Part shown: positions 30,637-42,075 of the stretch, in pieces
Layout: each line of letters starts with the position of its first letter
How positions within the stretch are numbered: position 1 is the stretch's first letter
From: an uncultured Chloroflexia bacterium
Lineage (GTDB): Bacteria; Chloroflexota; Chloroflexia; QHBQ01; JADMIH01
Direction of reading: 5' to 3'
Length of the DNA: 64,000 bases
NCBI GenBank assembly: GCA_963837315.1
Contig: CAWINE010000005.1
Coordinates: 189,207-253,206 of the forward strand
Position numbers and translations under genes: made by a program
Notes under the pieces: generated by a model
Databases searched by the model: none
Told to the model about the DNA's origin: nothing
Seen by the model: the letters and a program-made list of their open reading frames with translations, nothing else

Positions 30637-31338
30637 CTACTTCAAGCCCATTCCAAAGGCCATCGCTACGGTGGCCGCGTAAATGTGCTCTGTGCCTGCG
30701 GACATAAGGGCGAACGCGCATTCGGAGAGGGTCGCGCCCGTCGTGCAAACATCGTCTACCAGGAGCACGTGGGGCGGCGCCTCTTCGCCCAGCCATTGGA
30801 ATGCGTCGCGGACGTTTTCGTGGCGCTCCTCTCCGTGCAAGCCGACCTGCGCGCGTGTGGCTCTTATCCGCACCAGGCGCTTGTCGACCGGCCACCCGGT
30901 CAAGCGGCTCACCTCTCTCGCCAACAAATCCGATTGATTGTAGCCGCGCGCCCGTTTCCTTGAGGAATGGAGTGGCACGGCTACGATCACCGGAGGCTCA
31001 CCGTCTTCGGCAACCCAGCGGCCGTCGCGGGCGAGAGCGTTCGAAATCAGCAGTGCAAGAGGTTTCGCCAGAGGCGTATCCAACTCGTACTTGAGCTTGT
31101 GGATCGCGCTACGCAGAGGCTCTTTGAAGTCCCCTGCACTGACCACAGCATCCAGCCGCTCGATAGACCTCAAGGTCTGAGGAGTACCGATCAGAGCCAA
31201 ACAGGCTTCGCACATCAGCGTGCCTCGCCGGTCGCACCCTCCGCACCGCGGCGGATAGACCAGGTCGAGCACCAACGACCAACCTCTCGCAAGGCTCAAG
31301 GGGATGGCTTTGGACATCGCCTTCCGACGGTATGTCAT
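30637..31338 (-). CDS. ComF-family phosphoribosyltransferase-domain protein
   Basis: An N-terminal Cys4 cluster is 'YPPRCGGC...CEAC'. 'GYNQSDLLA' and 'VLLVDDVCTTGAT' are the PRTase motifs. Confidence 0.75.
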   Translation of the reverse strand: MTYRRKAMSKAIPLSLARGWSLVLDLVYPPRCGGCDRRGTLMCEACLALIGTPQTLRSIERLDAVVSAGDFKEPLRSAIHKLKYELDTPLAKPLALLISNALARDGRWVAEDGEPPVIVAVPLHSSRKRARGYNQSDLLAREVSRLTGWPVDKRLVRIRATRAQVGLHGEERHENVRDAFQWLGEEAPPHVLLVDDVCTTGATLSECAFALMSAGTEHIYAATVAMAFGMGLK

Positions 31339-31426
31339 ACCTTACTGCCTGATCCTTCTATAGCCCTGGCGAGCCTCGCGTCGTAGCGTCTTTGCAGTGA
31401 AGGTAAATCCGCAATCCGCAATCCGT

Positions 31427-32437
31427 TTAGCCGCCTATATGCGACATCTCTACTTTGGGCTTGTGGGAGGTTTCGGCGGTGCGGATTTCAGAGTAGCGAT
31501 CGGAGCGGTGTCTCCAGACCCGGCCAATGAAGGCTGCTATCTCAGGGTCGGATTCGCCACCGCGCAGGCGGGCGCGCAAGTCGTGGCCCAGCGAGCCGAA
31601 CAGGCAGGTGTATAGGAGGCCCTCCGAGGAGAGGCGGGCGCGAGTGCAGTTGCCGCAGAAAGGCTGGGTGACAGAGGAAATGATGCCTATCTCGCCGGTG
31701 CCGTCCCGGTAGCGGTAGCGCTGTGCCACCTCGCCCCGGTAGTTGGGATCGGCAGGCTCGATGGGCAGATCTGCGTGGATCATCCTGACGATCTCGCCGG
31801 CGCTCACCACATCATCGAGCTTCCAGCCATTGGTCGTTCCCACGTCCATGTATTCGATGAAGCGGAGGATGTAGCCTGTACCTTTGAAATGCCGGGCCAT
31901 ATCGACAATCGATGTGTCGTTCATGCCACGCTTAACGACCATATTGATCTTGATGGGCCATAGTCCTGCGGCTCGGGCCACTTCCATCCCTTCCAGCACC
32001 CGCTCGACCGGAAAATCTACGTCGTTCATCGCTTTGAAGACGGCGTTGTCAAGCGAGTCGAGGCTTACGGTAATGCGCTGCAAACCGGCGTCTTTGAGTG
32101 CATGTGCTTTCTTAGCAAGCAAAGAACCGTTGGTAGTGAGAGTCAGGTCTTTGAGGCCGGGCAGCGATGCGAGCATTTCCACAAGCTTTTCGAGGTCGCG
32201 CCTCACGAGCGGCTCGCCTCCCGTGAGGCGTATCTTTTCAATTCCTTGCTCAATGAAGATGCGAGAAAGGCGTCTAATCTCCTCGAACGAAAGGAGAGCA
32301 GTGGGCGGCAGGAACTGGAAATCGCGCCCAAACACCTCTTTTGGCATACAGTAAGTGCAGCGAAAGTTGCACCTGTCCGTCACGGAGATGCGGAGATCAT
32401 GCAGTGGCCGGTTCAGTTGGTCGGTAAGATTCGGCAT
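31427..32437 (-). CDS. moaA: GTP 3',8-cyclase (molybdenum cofactor biosynthesis protein A)
   Basis: The radical-SAM motif is '[10 protein letters not shown]'. The C-terminal cluster is '[20 protein letters not shown]'. Confidence 0.9.
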   Translation of the reverse strand: MPNLTDQLNRPLHDLRISVTDRCNFRCTYCMPKEVFGRDFQFLPPTALLSFEEIRRLSRIFIEQGIEKIRLTGGEPLVRRDLEKLVEMLASLPGLKDLTLTTNGSLLAKKAHALKDAGLQRITVSLDSLDNAVFKAMNDVDFPVERVLEGMEVARAAGLWPIKINMVVKRGMNDTSIVDMARHFKGTGYILRFIEYMDVGTTNGWKLDDVVSAGEIVRMIHADLPIEPADPNYRGEVAQRYRYRDGTGEIGIISSVTQPFCGNCTRARLSSEGLLYTCLFGSLGHDLRARLRGGESDPEIAAFIGRVWRHRSDRYSEIRTAETSHKPKVEMSHIGG

Positions 32438-32894
32438 TGAGTCAGGTACTTGAAGTCAGAGGTTAGAGGTCAGAGGCGCAAGGGAATAATCAATTATATC
32501 ACACATAGAGGAAGAAGGAATGTTGGCAGCCACTGGAGCTAAGATCATCGGACTTTGGGCACCTTGCTCGGTTAAATTGGAGCCGATTCGTTGCTTAATT
32601 GCTCGATGAGCCAATAAGCCATGTTGCTGGCTATGCTAAAAATGAGACAGGAAATAAGCCGCCTGCGTCGTTTGCCTATTTGTCGAAGCTGTTGTTGCGG
32701 TACATGTCTGCGTGGACCATAGAAATACTCTGTGATCTCCGTGCAATTCATGTGATCCGTGCAATTCAAATCCATATCGTGATCTTCGTGATCTTCGTGA
32801 TTCCAACAAATAGAAACCTTTGTGACCTTTGTGTCTTTGTGGTTCAAACCGTAGAAATCCCGGCGTCTTTGCAGTAGAGGAGATCCTCGCCGCC

Positions 32895-33653
32895 CTATAG
32901 CTCTATTTCTGCGACCGAGCCGACGATATGTGTGGGTCGATACGGGAAGCGCTCGGCTTGCTCGCGGGTGGTGACACCTGTGAGAACGAGGATGGTCTCA
33001 AGGCCGCTTTCGATACCCATAACAATATCGGTGTCCATGCGGTCGCCGATCATGGCGGTATCCTCGGAGTGTGCGTCTATGGCACGCAGGGCCGTGCGCA
33101 GCATCAGCGGGTTCGGCTTGCCCACGAAGTAAGGTGCAACGCCGGTGGCCCTCTCGATGAGCGCAGCCACGGCCCCGGTCGCAGGCGCTATGCCTCCTTC
33201 CGCAGGACCTGTGGTGTCGGGATTGGTGGCGATGAAGCGTGCACCGCCCATGATAAGCCGTATAGCCCTGGTGATGCGCTCGAAGCTATACGTTGAGGTC
33301 TCGCCCAGCACAACATAATCCGGGTCGTGTTCACTGAGCGTATAGCCGATATCGTGTAGGGCCGTTGTGAGGCCGGCCTCTCCAATTGCATAGGCAGTGC
33401 CGCGTGGCCTCTGCGAATGCAGAAAACGCGCCGTAGCCACACCCGACGTATATACGTGCTCTTCGGACACCTCAATTCCCGAATGGCGTAGCCTGCTGGC
33501 AAGGTCGCGAGGCGTGTAAATAGAGTTATTAGTGAGTATGAGAAAGCGCCGCCCCGCGTCGGCCAACCGGCCTATGAACTCGGCTGCTCCGGGCACAGGC
33601 TGCGTGCCCACAACGATTACTCCGTCCATATCCATGATGTACTGCTTAGCCAA
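32895..33653 (-). CDS. HAD-IIA family hydrolase (NagD-like)
   Basis: 'MDMDGVIV' and 'LTNNS' with a C-terminal '[10 protein letters not shown]' match the HAD-IIA family. Confidence 0.8.
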   Translation of the reverse strand: MAKQYIMDMDGVIVVGTQPVPGAAEFIGRLADAGRRFLILTNNSIYTPRDLASRLRHSGIEVSEEHVYTSGVATARFLHSQRPRGTAYAIGEAGLTTALHDIGYTLSEHDPDYVVLGETSTYSFERITRAIRLIMGGARFIATNPDTTGPAEGGIAPATGAVAALIERATGVAPYFVGKPNPLMLRTALRAIDAHSEDTAMIGDRMDTDIVMGIESGLETILVLTGVTTREQAERFPYRPTHIVGSVAEIEL

Positions 33654-33900
33654 GACTCGACCCCCTTTTCGATTGCGGATTGCGGATTGCGGATTGCGGA
33701 TTTATTTAACCGCCAAGACGCTAAGGACGCTAAGGTTCACCAAGATTTCTATTGTCTTGAATTACAGAGGCTACGGAGGACTCAGAGATCGTTCATGACT
33801 TACGATTTACGTTTCATCAACTCGTCATGTAACCAGTAAGCAGTACAGCCAATCCGCATTCCGCATTCCGCATTCCGCATTCCGCATTCCGCGATCGCCC

Positions 33901-35103
33901 TTACTGGAGGTAAGAATAGACCTTTTCGCCGTTCACGTAGACATGTTCGGGACGCTGGTAAATGTCGAGGGGGTCGCCTGACCATATCACGACGTCGGCG
34001 TCTTTGCCGGGGGCGAGGGAGCCGATACGGTCGGACACGCCCAGGATCTCAGCGGGATTTATGGTGATCAGCTTGAGGGCCTGGCCGCGGTCAAGCCCTT
34101 CTCGGACGGCCATGATGAGGGTCAGTGGGAGGTATTGTACCGCTACCACCATGTGATCGGTGGTGAGCGCCACCTTTACCCCGGCTCGGACCAGCACGTT
34201 TGGTGTGCTTAGGGTGCGGCCCTTCAACTCGACCTTGTACCTGGCAGTGAGGGTGGGGCCGACCACGGCGGGGATATTGCGCTCCACCAGCTCGTCAGGG
34301 AGTAAGTGGGCTTCCGTAGAATGATCGAGCACCATGTCAAAGCCGAACTCGTCGCGTATACGCAGGGCGGTCAGGATGTCGTCCGAGCGGTGGGCGTGCC
34401 AGCGCATCGGAATCTCTTTGCGCAGCACGTAGCCGATATGCTCCATCTTGATATCGCGCTCGAAAGGCTTGGTGGGGTCGTTAGCCAGCTTCGCGGCGTC
34501 CTGCCTGGCCAGGTAGTTCTGGGCTCGCACAAGGTTCTCGCGCATGAGGGCAGCTATGCCAAGGCGCGTAGTGGGCATCCTCTTTTGATCGCCGTAGTTG
34601 CGCTTGGGGTTCTCACCCATAGCCGCTTTGAGGCCGGTGGGGTGCCGCACTACCATATCGTCAATACGCATCCCGTGCGTCTTGATGAGCACCGCCAGGC
34701 CGCCGATCACGTTGCCGCTGCCGGGCATCACATTCACCGCGGTTATACCGGCCGCCAGCGCATCGTGGAAGGCAGTATCGCCCGGATAGGTGGCATCGAT
34801 GGCGCGCACCTGCGGCGTGATAGGGTCGGAGCTTTCGTTGGTGTCCGCGCCCTCGCGCCCGACACCCATCTCGCCGATTCCGACGTGGGTATGGGGGTCG
34901 ATGAAGCCGGGCGTGATAACTTTGCCCGAGGCGTCCACAATGGTGGCGCCCTCCGGTATCTCTACGCCACTTTCGTCGCCAACAGCCACAATCTTACCAT
35001 CATCGCCTATGAGAACCGTGCCTCGCTCCCACATCTGGTCGCGTCCATCGGCGTCCTGGGTAACAGGCAAAACTCGCCCTCCCTTGATGGCAACAACAGT
35101 CAT
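33901..35103 (-). CDS. amidohydrolase-family metal-dependent hydrolase
   Basis: 'ITPGFIDPHTHVGIGE' and a C-terminal 'GKDADVVIW' match the family. The start is taken at 'MTVVAIKGG'. The ORF track extends upstream to 35394 through a repeat element with no stop codon. Confidence 0.75.
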   Translation of the reverse strand: MTVVAIKGGRVLPVTQDADGRDQMWERGTVLIGDDGKIVAVGDESGVEIPEGATIVDASGKVITPGFIDPHTHVGIGEMGVGREGADTNESSDPITPQVRAIDATYPGDTAFHDALAAGITAVNVMPGSGNVIGGLAVLIKTHGMRIDDMVVRHPTGLKAAMGENPKRNYGDQKRMPTTRLGIAALMRENLVRAQNYLARQDAAKLANDPTKPFERDIKMEHIGYVLRKEIPMRWHAHRSDDILTALRIRDEFGFDMVLDHSTEAHLLPDELVERNIPAVVGPTLTARYKVELKGRTLSTPNVLVRAGVKVALTTDHMVVAVQYLPLTLIMAVREGLDRGQALKLITINPAEILGVSDRIGSLAPGKDADVVIWSGDPLDIYQRPEHVYVNGEKVYSYLQ

Positions 35104-35890
35104 ATCTGAGCCTCCTGTTTCTGGCAGCCGCATCCGATTATTTTGGGACAGTTCGTTGTACCACCGGAGCGGGGTGTTGTCAAAACGATGGGCGCTGACC
35201 GGTAGGCAGTGGGCAGTGAGGCAGTGAAGACGTAAGACGTAACCGCCAAGGCGCCAAGAACGCAAAGGCTCGCCAAGGTTTTTATTGTTACAAACCATAA
35301 CAATCCTCTGCGATCTCTGCGCACTCTGGTCTCTGCGCACTCTGTGGTCATGAGCAGGGTGCCCTCTGGGCCGCGAGCTCTGATTCAAACCCATAATATC
35401 CTTCGTGGTCTTCGTGATCCTCGTGATCTTCGTGGTTAAAACCGTAAATATCTTGGCGGAACTTGGCGTCTTGGCGGTGAACGGAATCGTTCGCCGGTAG
35501 TCCTTTGCACAACATTACGTAAATCTAAGGAAGATGCATCAAGCAAAGATACGTTGTATTACGTAGCCGAATCGTTGACAGCGTTTTCCCCAAAGTGGTA
35601 TCCTCTGGAAGCGTTTTGAGCGTCGAGTTACGACCTTTCGTACGGAAAGGGTCCCTTATTGCGGGGAGGATAACGGCCACAGCCCAAGGCTGGAGACATG
35701 TTTGCCTGCTCGTTTCACTGCACTACTATACAAACAGGATGGCCCTTCAATAGCATACCGGTGATCTTATAGGCTCCCCTGGAGCCGGCACAATTTTCTC
35801 CCACTCTGGGAAACGGACACGTTTCACTACCGGCAGTATGGCAATAGCCATCGCCTGTAAAACTTACACCCTCAAGTTTGGAGGCGCATT

Positions 35891-37642
35891 TTGAGCTTCA
35901 CCTCACAGTTAAGTGCACGCACCGCCAGAATCATCGCAGCATCAGGTCTTTTTCTCGCAATCATATTCGGAATTATAGCGGCAAATCCATCTTCTACTTA
36001 TGCAGCATATCCTATTGTTGCGGGCGGCGCGGCCCTTGTCGCAAACACCGACGGCGGCACAGTACGCGTCCGCAACGGCGCAGGCACCACCTACGACCAG
36101 GTAGCCGAAGCCCATGAGGGCGAGGTAGTGTCGATCCTCGATGGCCCGGCCAAAGACAGCGGGGGAAGCAACTGGTACAAGGTATCGGCTCCCGGCGGCA
36201 CAGGATGGGTCATCAGCGATTATCTCCAGGGCACGCCGGTCAAAATTGTCAAGGGCGGAAATGCCACGATCGCAAACACCGACGGCGGCACAGTACGCGT
36301 CCGCAACGGCGCAGGCACCACCTACGACCAGGTAGCCGAAGCCCATGAGGGCGAGGTGGTGTCCATCCTCGATGGCCCGGCCAAAGACAGCGGAGGGAGC
36401 AACTGGTACAAGGTATCGGCTCCCGGCGGCACAGGATGGGTCATCAGCGATTATCTCCAGGGCAAAATCAGCGTCCCGGCAAACGCCAATAATACTACAA
36501 GCAAAGGCACATCTACAGCCGGTAAGTCTGGCGTCTATCAGGGCGGACAAGCCACCGTGTCCAATACCGGCGGCGATCCAATCCGCGTCCGCAACGGCGC
36601 AGGCACCACCTACGACCAGGTAGCCGAAGCCCATGAGGGCGAAGTGGTGTCCATCCTCGACGGTCCGGCCAAAGACAGCGGGGGGAGCAACTGGTACAAG
36701 GTATCAGCTCCCGGCGGCACAGGATGGGTCATCAGCGATTATCTCCAGGGCACGGCGGGTAGCTCCAATGCCAAGCTCGCCGGACCCAGGCTCACGGGCT
36801 TCGCCCGCGTGGGCAATTCCGATGGGGACCCCGTACGCCTGCGCACAGACGCGAGCAGTAACGGCAGTGTGATCACCGAGTTTGCCGCCGATACCTCAGT
36901 GGCGATCAAACAGGGACCGTTAACGAGCAGCGACGGCATTGCGTGGTACCAGGTATCCGGCAATGGCCTCACCGGTTGGATGATGGCCCAGTACCTCGTC
37001 CAATCTACTGCCCCGGCCTCCCCGCCTCCTGCCGAGACACCCGTGGCGAAACCTGCTGTTGTGACCAAGCCCGCCGCGCCCGCCGCGCCGGCTCCCACAG
37101 CCGTTCCGGCACCACCGGCAGCCGCCGCGCCTCCTGCAGCCGTAGCACCACCCGCACAGCCCGCCGCGCCAACGGCCGCGCCTGCTGCAACCCCGGCTCC
37201 GCCACGTAGCTCCAGCCAACCGCAGGCCCAGGCTGTATCTGCACCTTCCAGTTCTTCCAGCACCGGTAGCGCCGTGGTGAGCCTGGCCCTCAAGTATGTC
37301 GGATCGTACTATGTTATGGGCGGCGTCGGACCAAGGGGCTTCGATTGCAGCGGTTTCGTCTATTACATATTGAACCACTCAGGCGTGCGTATGTCCCGCG
37401 ACATGTACGCGCAATGGGCCAGCGGCACGCACATCTCAAGCAACAATCTGAAACCTGGCGACCTGGTCTTCTTCTCGAATACCTACAAAGCGGGTCTTTC
37501 ACACGTCGCCATCTATATCGGCAACGGCAGGATTGTCCACGCCGAAAATGAAAGCACCGGTGTAACTATCAGCGACCTCTGGAGCAGCTACTATAGCTCT
37601 CACTACACAGGAGCTGTCCGGCCCAGCAACTACGGCAGGTAA
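35891..37642 (+). CDS. secreted cell-wall hydrolase: signal/TM + 4 SH3b repeats + Pro/Ala-rich linker + NlpC/P60 peptidase
   Basis: Three near-identical copies of about 200 nt encode 'GGTVRVRNGAGTTYDQVAEAHEGEVVSILDGPAKDSGGSNWYKVSAPGGTGWVISDYLQG'. A fourth SH3b copy is divergent. The NlpC/P60 domain is 'GFDCSGFVYYIL...HVAIYIGNGRIVHA'. Confidence 0.85.
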   Translation: MSFTSQLSARTARIIAASGLFLAIIFGIIAANPSSTYAAYPIVAGGAALVANTDGGTVRVRNGAGTTYDQVAEAHEGEVVSILDGPAKDSGGSNWYKVSAPGGTGWVISDYLQGTPVKIVKGGNATIANTDGGTVRVRNGAGTTYDQVAEAHEGEVVSILDGPAKDSGGSNWYKVSAPGGTGWVISDYLQGKISVPANANNTTSKGTSTAGKSGVYQGGQATVSNTGGDPIRVRNGAGTTYDQVAEAHEGEVVSILDGPAKDSGGSNWYKVSAPGGTGWVISDYLQGTAGSSNAKLAGPRLTGFARVGNSDGDPVRLRTDASSNGSVITEFAADTSVAIKQGPLTSSDGIAWYQVSGNGLTGWMMAQYLVQSTAPASPPPAETPVAKPAVVTKPAAPAAPAPTAVPAPPAAAAPPAAVAPPAQPAAPTAAPAATPAPPRSSSQPQAQAVSAPSSSSSTGSAVVSLALKYVGSYYVMGGVGPRGFDCSGFVYYILNHSGVRMSRDMYAQWASGTHISSNNLKPGDLVFFSNTYKAGLSHVAIYIGNGRIVHAENESTGVTISDLWSSYYSSHYTGAVRPSNYGR

Positions 37643-37728
37643 GTCGATCGAATTCGGCAAACAAAAAGAACGGCACCTCGCGAGGTGCCGTTCTTTTTGT
37701 TTGCCGCCTGGTCACTTTTGCCGCCTGG

Positions 37729-38487
37729 TCACCGGTATTCGTCGGACACGATATTGCCATCCTGCACTCTTATGACCCGCCTGGCGCTTGCGGCCAGATG
37801 CACATCATGGGTGACAAAGACCACAGACTTGCCCTGGCGGCTCAGGTCGGATAGAAGGCGCATAACGTCTTCGCCCGTCGCGGTGTCGAGGTTGCCGGTC
37901 GGCTCGTCGGCTATGATGATAGGCGGATCGTTGGCGAGGGCGCGAGCAATCGCCACCCGCTGCTGCTCGCCTCCAGACAATTCGCTGGGCAAATGGCTTG
38001 CCCTCTGTGCCAGCCCGACCCGGTCGAGCAACGCCAGAGAACGCTCGCGACGCCTCCCGGTATAGCTGTTGAGGAAATCCATCGGCAGCATCACATTCTC
38101 CAGTGCTGTGAGGGTAGGTAGAAGCTGGAAGAATTGGAAGACGATGCCTACGTTAGCTCCGCGCCACTTAGCAAGCTCATTCTCGCTCATCAGGTGCAAT
38201 GGACGTCCTGCCATCAAGACCTGACCCCTGGTGGGACGATCGATGCCGGTAATCATGTTGAGTATGGTGGACTTTCCGCTGCCCGACGGGCCGACTATAG
38301 CTGTGAATTCGCCAGGATACAGGGCCAAATTGACACCGCGCAAGGCGATATATTCCCTGTTGCCCATCGGATAAGCCTTGACGACCCCCACGAGCCTCCC
38401 TGCAGGTAGTTTACCTGGCCTATCGCCCGGCAAGGGTGGGACCGTGCCATTCTCGGGTAAGGTCGCGCTCATAGGGCAATTGTACAT
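37729..38487 (-). CDS. ABC transporter ATP-binding protein (MacB/LolD/FtsE-like)
   Basis: Walker A is 'GPSGSGKST'. The ABC signature is 'LSGGEQQRVAIARAL'. Walker B is 'IIIADEPTGNLD'. Confidence 0.85.
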   Translation of the reverse strand: MYNCPMSATLPENGTVPPLPGDRPGKLPAGRLVGVVKAYPMGNREYIALRGVNLALYPGEFTAIVGPSGSGKSTILNMITGIDRPTRGQVLMAGRPLHLMSENELAKWRGANVGIVFQFFQLLPTLTALENVMLPMDFLNSYTGRRRERSLALLDRVGLAQRASHLPSELSGGEQQRVAIARALANDPPIIIADEPTGNLDTATGEDVMRLLSDLSRQGKSVVFVTHDVHLAASARRVIRVQDGNIVSDEYR

Positions 38488-38780
38488 TATGGCCGCGTAG
38501 TCTTACAATCGCCTTCAGCCATGCATACCAAAGCGATAGCATCTCCTGCCGCGTTAGCCAAGTCGTAGTGCTTACTGCTTACTGCTTACATCTATAAAAC
38601 CTTGGCGCCCTTGGGGGAACTTAGCGTCTTGGCGGTTACCGTAAATCCGCAATCCGCAATCCGCAATGGGTAGTCCGCACCAAGCCCGGGTGGAAGAGCT
38701 AATTGGGCGGTAAGAAGCAGAAAGTTGCCTTTGTGCCTGCTCCTTGTTCGCCGGACTCTATACTGAAGGCTCCCTGCAGG

Positions 38781-40781
38781 TCACTTACGACGAGCGTCCG
38801 CACTATATTGAGACCCAGGTTCCCACTCACGGTGGGGTCGAAGTCTTCCGGCAGACCCGACGCCATTATCCTCTACCTCAATCCTTATTCGAGAGGATGG
38901 CTTGCGCATCGCACCGGGTGACGTGGAATCCTCCAGCAGCGAGTCCTGGAACACACGAATTGCGATCTCCCCATGCTTCAGCCCTGCGAAGCCATGCAGG
39001 ATGGCGTTAGATACAAGCTCATTGAAGAGGAGGGCCAGCAAGGTGGCCTCGTGGGAGCCAACGCGTATCTTCTCGGCCTCAGCCTGTTCAATGTTGATTT
39101 TCAGCTTGAACCCCGGCGAGGAGAGGGTCGAGACAACAGCATCGGTAATCTTACGGGCCAACTCGTAAAGGCTGATCAATTCGATCTCCACATCGCCAAG
39201 CATCATCAAATCGTGTACTGCAGCGATGCTTTGCACCCTCGATATGCTTTCACGCACGGCCACAGCGCCATCGCTGTCGGCGGGTATGCGGCGCAACTGC
39301 ATTGAGAGGAGGCCCGCCACGGTTTGCAGGTTATTGCGCACACGGTGGTTCATCTCCTGCAACATAGCCGACTTGGCTTGCAGTCCACGCAACGCCGCAT
39401 CGTACAGTCGAGAGTTCTCCAGGGCGATCGCGGCTTCGTGGGCGAATGCGTCGAGCAAGCGCACCTGCTCGTCGCTGAAGGTCTTGGCGTCGGAATTGTA
39501 GAGGCAGATGCCCCCCATGATTCCGCGTGGGGCCACAAGCGGCACGCAAAACATGGATAGATAGCCCTTAGAGGCGAACGGGATGTCCAGCGCAGCGTCC
39601 GAGTCGGGCCGCATAGGAACAGGCACGCCGCGTCCCACCGTGCTGGCGATGATGCTATGCTCGATAGGCAACGCCAGACGTGGAGCGGTTTTCCACTCGT
39701 GGATGTTGTTGTGGGTGGGGTGCTGCAGATCGTATTGAGCCACCATTTCCAGGATCCCTGCCTCCTGGTGAAGCTCGTAGATTGCGGCTGCATCGGCACG
39801 CACCAGATGGGCAGCCTGGTGAGCAATAAGGGATAGCACTTCGGTCAGGTTGAGGGTGGCGGCGATGTGGGCCGAAACACCCTGCAAAGTTGTAAGCTCG
39901 GTAACTTTCTGGCGGAGGGCGCTGTCAGTCTGCTCGTAGAGGCGAGCGTTTTCGATGGCGATGGCTATTTCACCCGCCACCGTTTCGAGAAACCTGATCT
40001 CGTTTTCGCTGAAATCGCATTCCTCAAAAGTATGCACGTCTATCACGCCGACGAGCTTCTCATTCGTAAAGAGCACTACAGGCACCGCCAGTATCGAGAC
40101 GGTCCGCTCCTCCTCGAGGGTGGGCACAAACTTAAAATGCGGGTCGGACCAGGCGTCGGTCACGGCGACCGGTTTGCCAAGCAGCGCCGCCCAACCTGTG
40201 AGGCCTTCGCCCAGGCGGAGTCTGAGCTTGCCCACCGAGTCCTGGTTCAGGCCGCTCGTGGCGGTAAGCACGATCTGGTCCCATTCCTGTTCATACAAAA
40301 AGATAGAGCAGATATCTGCGTGCGTGACAGCCACCACGGCCTGGGCGATTTCATGCAGCATATCGTTCAGCTTGAGCGAGGAGTTGGCCGCGCTGTTGAT
40401 GCGATGGAGGGCTGTTAGCTCGGCCAGGCGCTCTCGCATCTGGCGGCCGGGCGTTGCTCGTGAAACGGGCACCTTGCTAACAGCGATGTAGCCCTCAATG
40501 GCCTCGCTGACAAGCTTTGGCGACAGCTCTCCCGCATCCGGCAGAGCGCCGTCCAGAGCCTCTACAACGGACATTATGCGTTCCACGAGGGTTTGCACTT
40601 GCTCGCCCGAACGAGATAGCTCTTCACCCTGCTCACGCGCCCAGCGGTGGAGGAGCCCGCGATCCCCGCTCTCCAGCACTCCCATCAAAGTTCCTTCGAT
40701 CGATCTTGTATCAACGCCCGCGTTTTGCAGCCTGGCTACGATATGCTGGACACTCTGTTCGTTTTCAATGTTTATGGACAT
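38781..40781 (-). CDS. cytoplasmic sensor histidine kinase: GAF-GAF-HisKA_2-HATPase
   Basis: There are two GAF-like regions. The H-box 'EMNHRVRNNLQTVAGLLSMQ' is HisKA_2 type. The C-terminal ATPase has 'VEDNGVG'. Confidence 0.8.
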   Translation of the reverse strand: MSINIENEQSVQHIVARLQNAGVDTRSIEGTLMGVLESGDRGLLHRWAREQGEELSRSGEQVQTLVERIMSVVEALDGALPDAGELSPKLVSEAIEGYIAVSKVPVSRATPGRQMRERLAELTALHRINSAANSSLKLNDMLHEIAQAVVAVTHADICSIFLYEQEWDQIVLTATSGLNQDSVGKLRLRLGEGLTGWAALLGKPVAVTDAWSDPHFKFVPTLEEERTVSILAVPVVLFTNEKLVGVIDVHTFEECDFSENEIRFLETVAGEIAIAIENARLYEQTDSALRQKVTELTTLQGVSAHIAATLNLTEVLSLIAHQAAHLVRADAAAIYELHQEAGILEMVAQYDLQHPTHNNIHEWKTAPRLALPIEHSIIASTVGRGVPVPMRPDSDAALDIPFASKGYLSMFCVPLVAPRGIMGGICLYNSDAKTFSDEQVRLLDAFAHEAAIALENSRLYDAALRGLQAKSAMLQEMNHRVRNNLQTVAGLLSMQLRRIPADSDGAVAVRESISRVQSIAAVHDLMMLGDVEIELISLYELARKITDAVVSTLSSPGFKLKINIEQAEAEKIRVGSHEATLLALLFNELVSNAILHGFAGLKHGEIAIRVFQDSLLEDSTSPGAMRKPSSRIRIEVEDNGVGSAGRLRPHREWEPGSQYSADARRK

Positions 40782-40801
40782 AGATTTCTCACACCTTCTT
40801 T

Positions 40802-41815
40802 TTATGGACGACTTGCCAACCTCTTCAAGAAATGCAGCCAGTGGCGGGTTACCTGAAAACCCGCTCTGAGGGCCAGGCCATGCGCGGCGGCATTATCGCC
40901 CGACGTATCGAGATCGGCACTTCGCACACCCTTCCCGGCCAGGTAATGGAGGGCGGCTAACAGCATACCCCTCCCCAGGCCGATGCCACGGGAGGCAGGC
41001 TCAAGCCTTATCTCGTGCAGGTAGCCGCGCCCGGTGCGCACCCCGCTCGCTCTTATGACTCCCACTATGCGCCCGGAAGGGTCGAACGAGAATAATACGC
41101 CATCCGGCTCCCAGCCCGTGCTCGATACCAGGGCTTGCATCTCTTCCGGGCGGATAAGCGAGAATCCGCTGTCATAAGATCCGAGGCGGTTAGCCGTTTC
41201 CATGTAAAGCTCCGGTGCCTCACCCAGCTCGGCGAGCGAGCGTATATCGTAACCATCCGGAAGGGTCGCCGGAGCCGGATCGTCCAGGTTGTAGCGGGTA
41301 AGATGCATATACTGGCCCACGACCTCGAAGCCATGGCGCATGAGAAAGGCGGTCGATTGAGCATCTTCCTGCGCAATAGTGGTTTCGAGAACAGGGTAGC
41401 CCCGCGTAGCGCCGGCCTGTTCGACATGAGCCAGCAGCCGCGAGCCGAGGCCATGCCGCCGGTGCTCTGGAACAACGTACATGTCGAAGTTGCCCGGAGG
41501 GCGGTCGTGAAAGATAGCCCTGGGGTAGAGCACCGAGGCGGCCACAGGCTCATCGACCAGAAACACCAGCCAGCAGTTATCCCGCAAGCTGAAGCCCGGC
41601 CTGTCGTAGAGGCGCGCCATGTCATCGCCGTCCGCCTCCTCGAAGTCTTCGGGCAGGCTGACTGCCCGCAATGTGTCATTCCTCACGCGAGCAAGGGCCG
41701 TGTAATCCCCAGGCGAGCCGTCAAATGCTCGCAAAAGGAGCCCGCGTGGATCGCCCTGCCATTTCTTGCCTACATGGATTGGCGGCACATTTGCCTCCCA
41801 ATTACCAATTACCAA
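40802..41815 (-). CDS. tandem-GNAT N-acetyltransferase (MshD-like architecture)
   Basis: There are two acetyl-CoA binding regions ('VVPEHRRHGLGSRLL' and 'RLEPASRGIGLGRGML'). Confidence 0.55.
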   Translation of the reverse strand: MVIGNWEANVPPIHVGKKWQGDPRGLLLRAFDGSPGDYTALARVRNDTLRAVSLPEDFEEADGDDMARLYDRPGFSLRDNCWLVFLVDEPVAASVLYPRAIFHDRPPGNFDMYVVPEHRRHGLGSRLLAHVEQAGATRGYPVLETTIAQEDAQSTAFLMRHGFEVVGQYMHLTRYNLDDPAPATLPDGYDIRSLAELGEAPELYMETANRLGSYDSGFSLIRPEEMQALVSSTGWEPDGVLFSFDPSGRIVGVIRASGVRTGRGYLHEIRLEPASRGIGLGRGMLLAALHYLAGKGVRSADLDTSGDNAAAHGLALRAGFQVTRHWLHFLKRLASRP

Positions 41816-42075
41816 TTGCTGCTGTCAGTTGTCAGTTGTCAGTTGTCAGTTGTCAGTTGTCAGTAGACGGTGGGCAGCAATAAACAGTGAGCAACACCTA
41901 CCGGCATCATCTTCGTGCTCAAGTCGGGTTTGCAGTGGGGGATCCTTCCGCAGGAGATAGGTTGTGCCAGTGGGATTGGATGTCTCCCAGGAGGTCACCG
42001 GCGAAAACCGTGCTCCCAACGCCGACAAAGGTTATCTTTGGCATTCTCCACCTCGCTATGAGGATACCAAAACTT

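Noticed and set aside
35470-35890. c-di-AMP (ydaO-type) riboswitch in the long leader of the NlpC/P60 hydrolase gene
   Set aside because: Such riboswitches are often upstream of NlpC/P60 genes. I could not find the conserved ydaO core strings (for example the GGUGCYAAUUCC region) by eye. An Rfam scan is needed before any claim.
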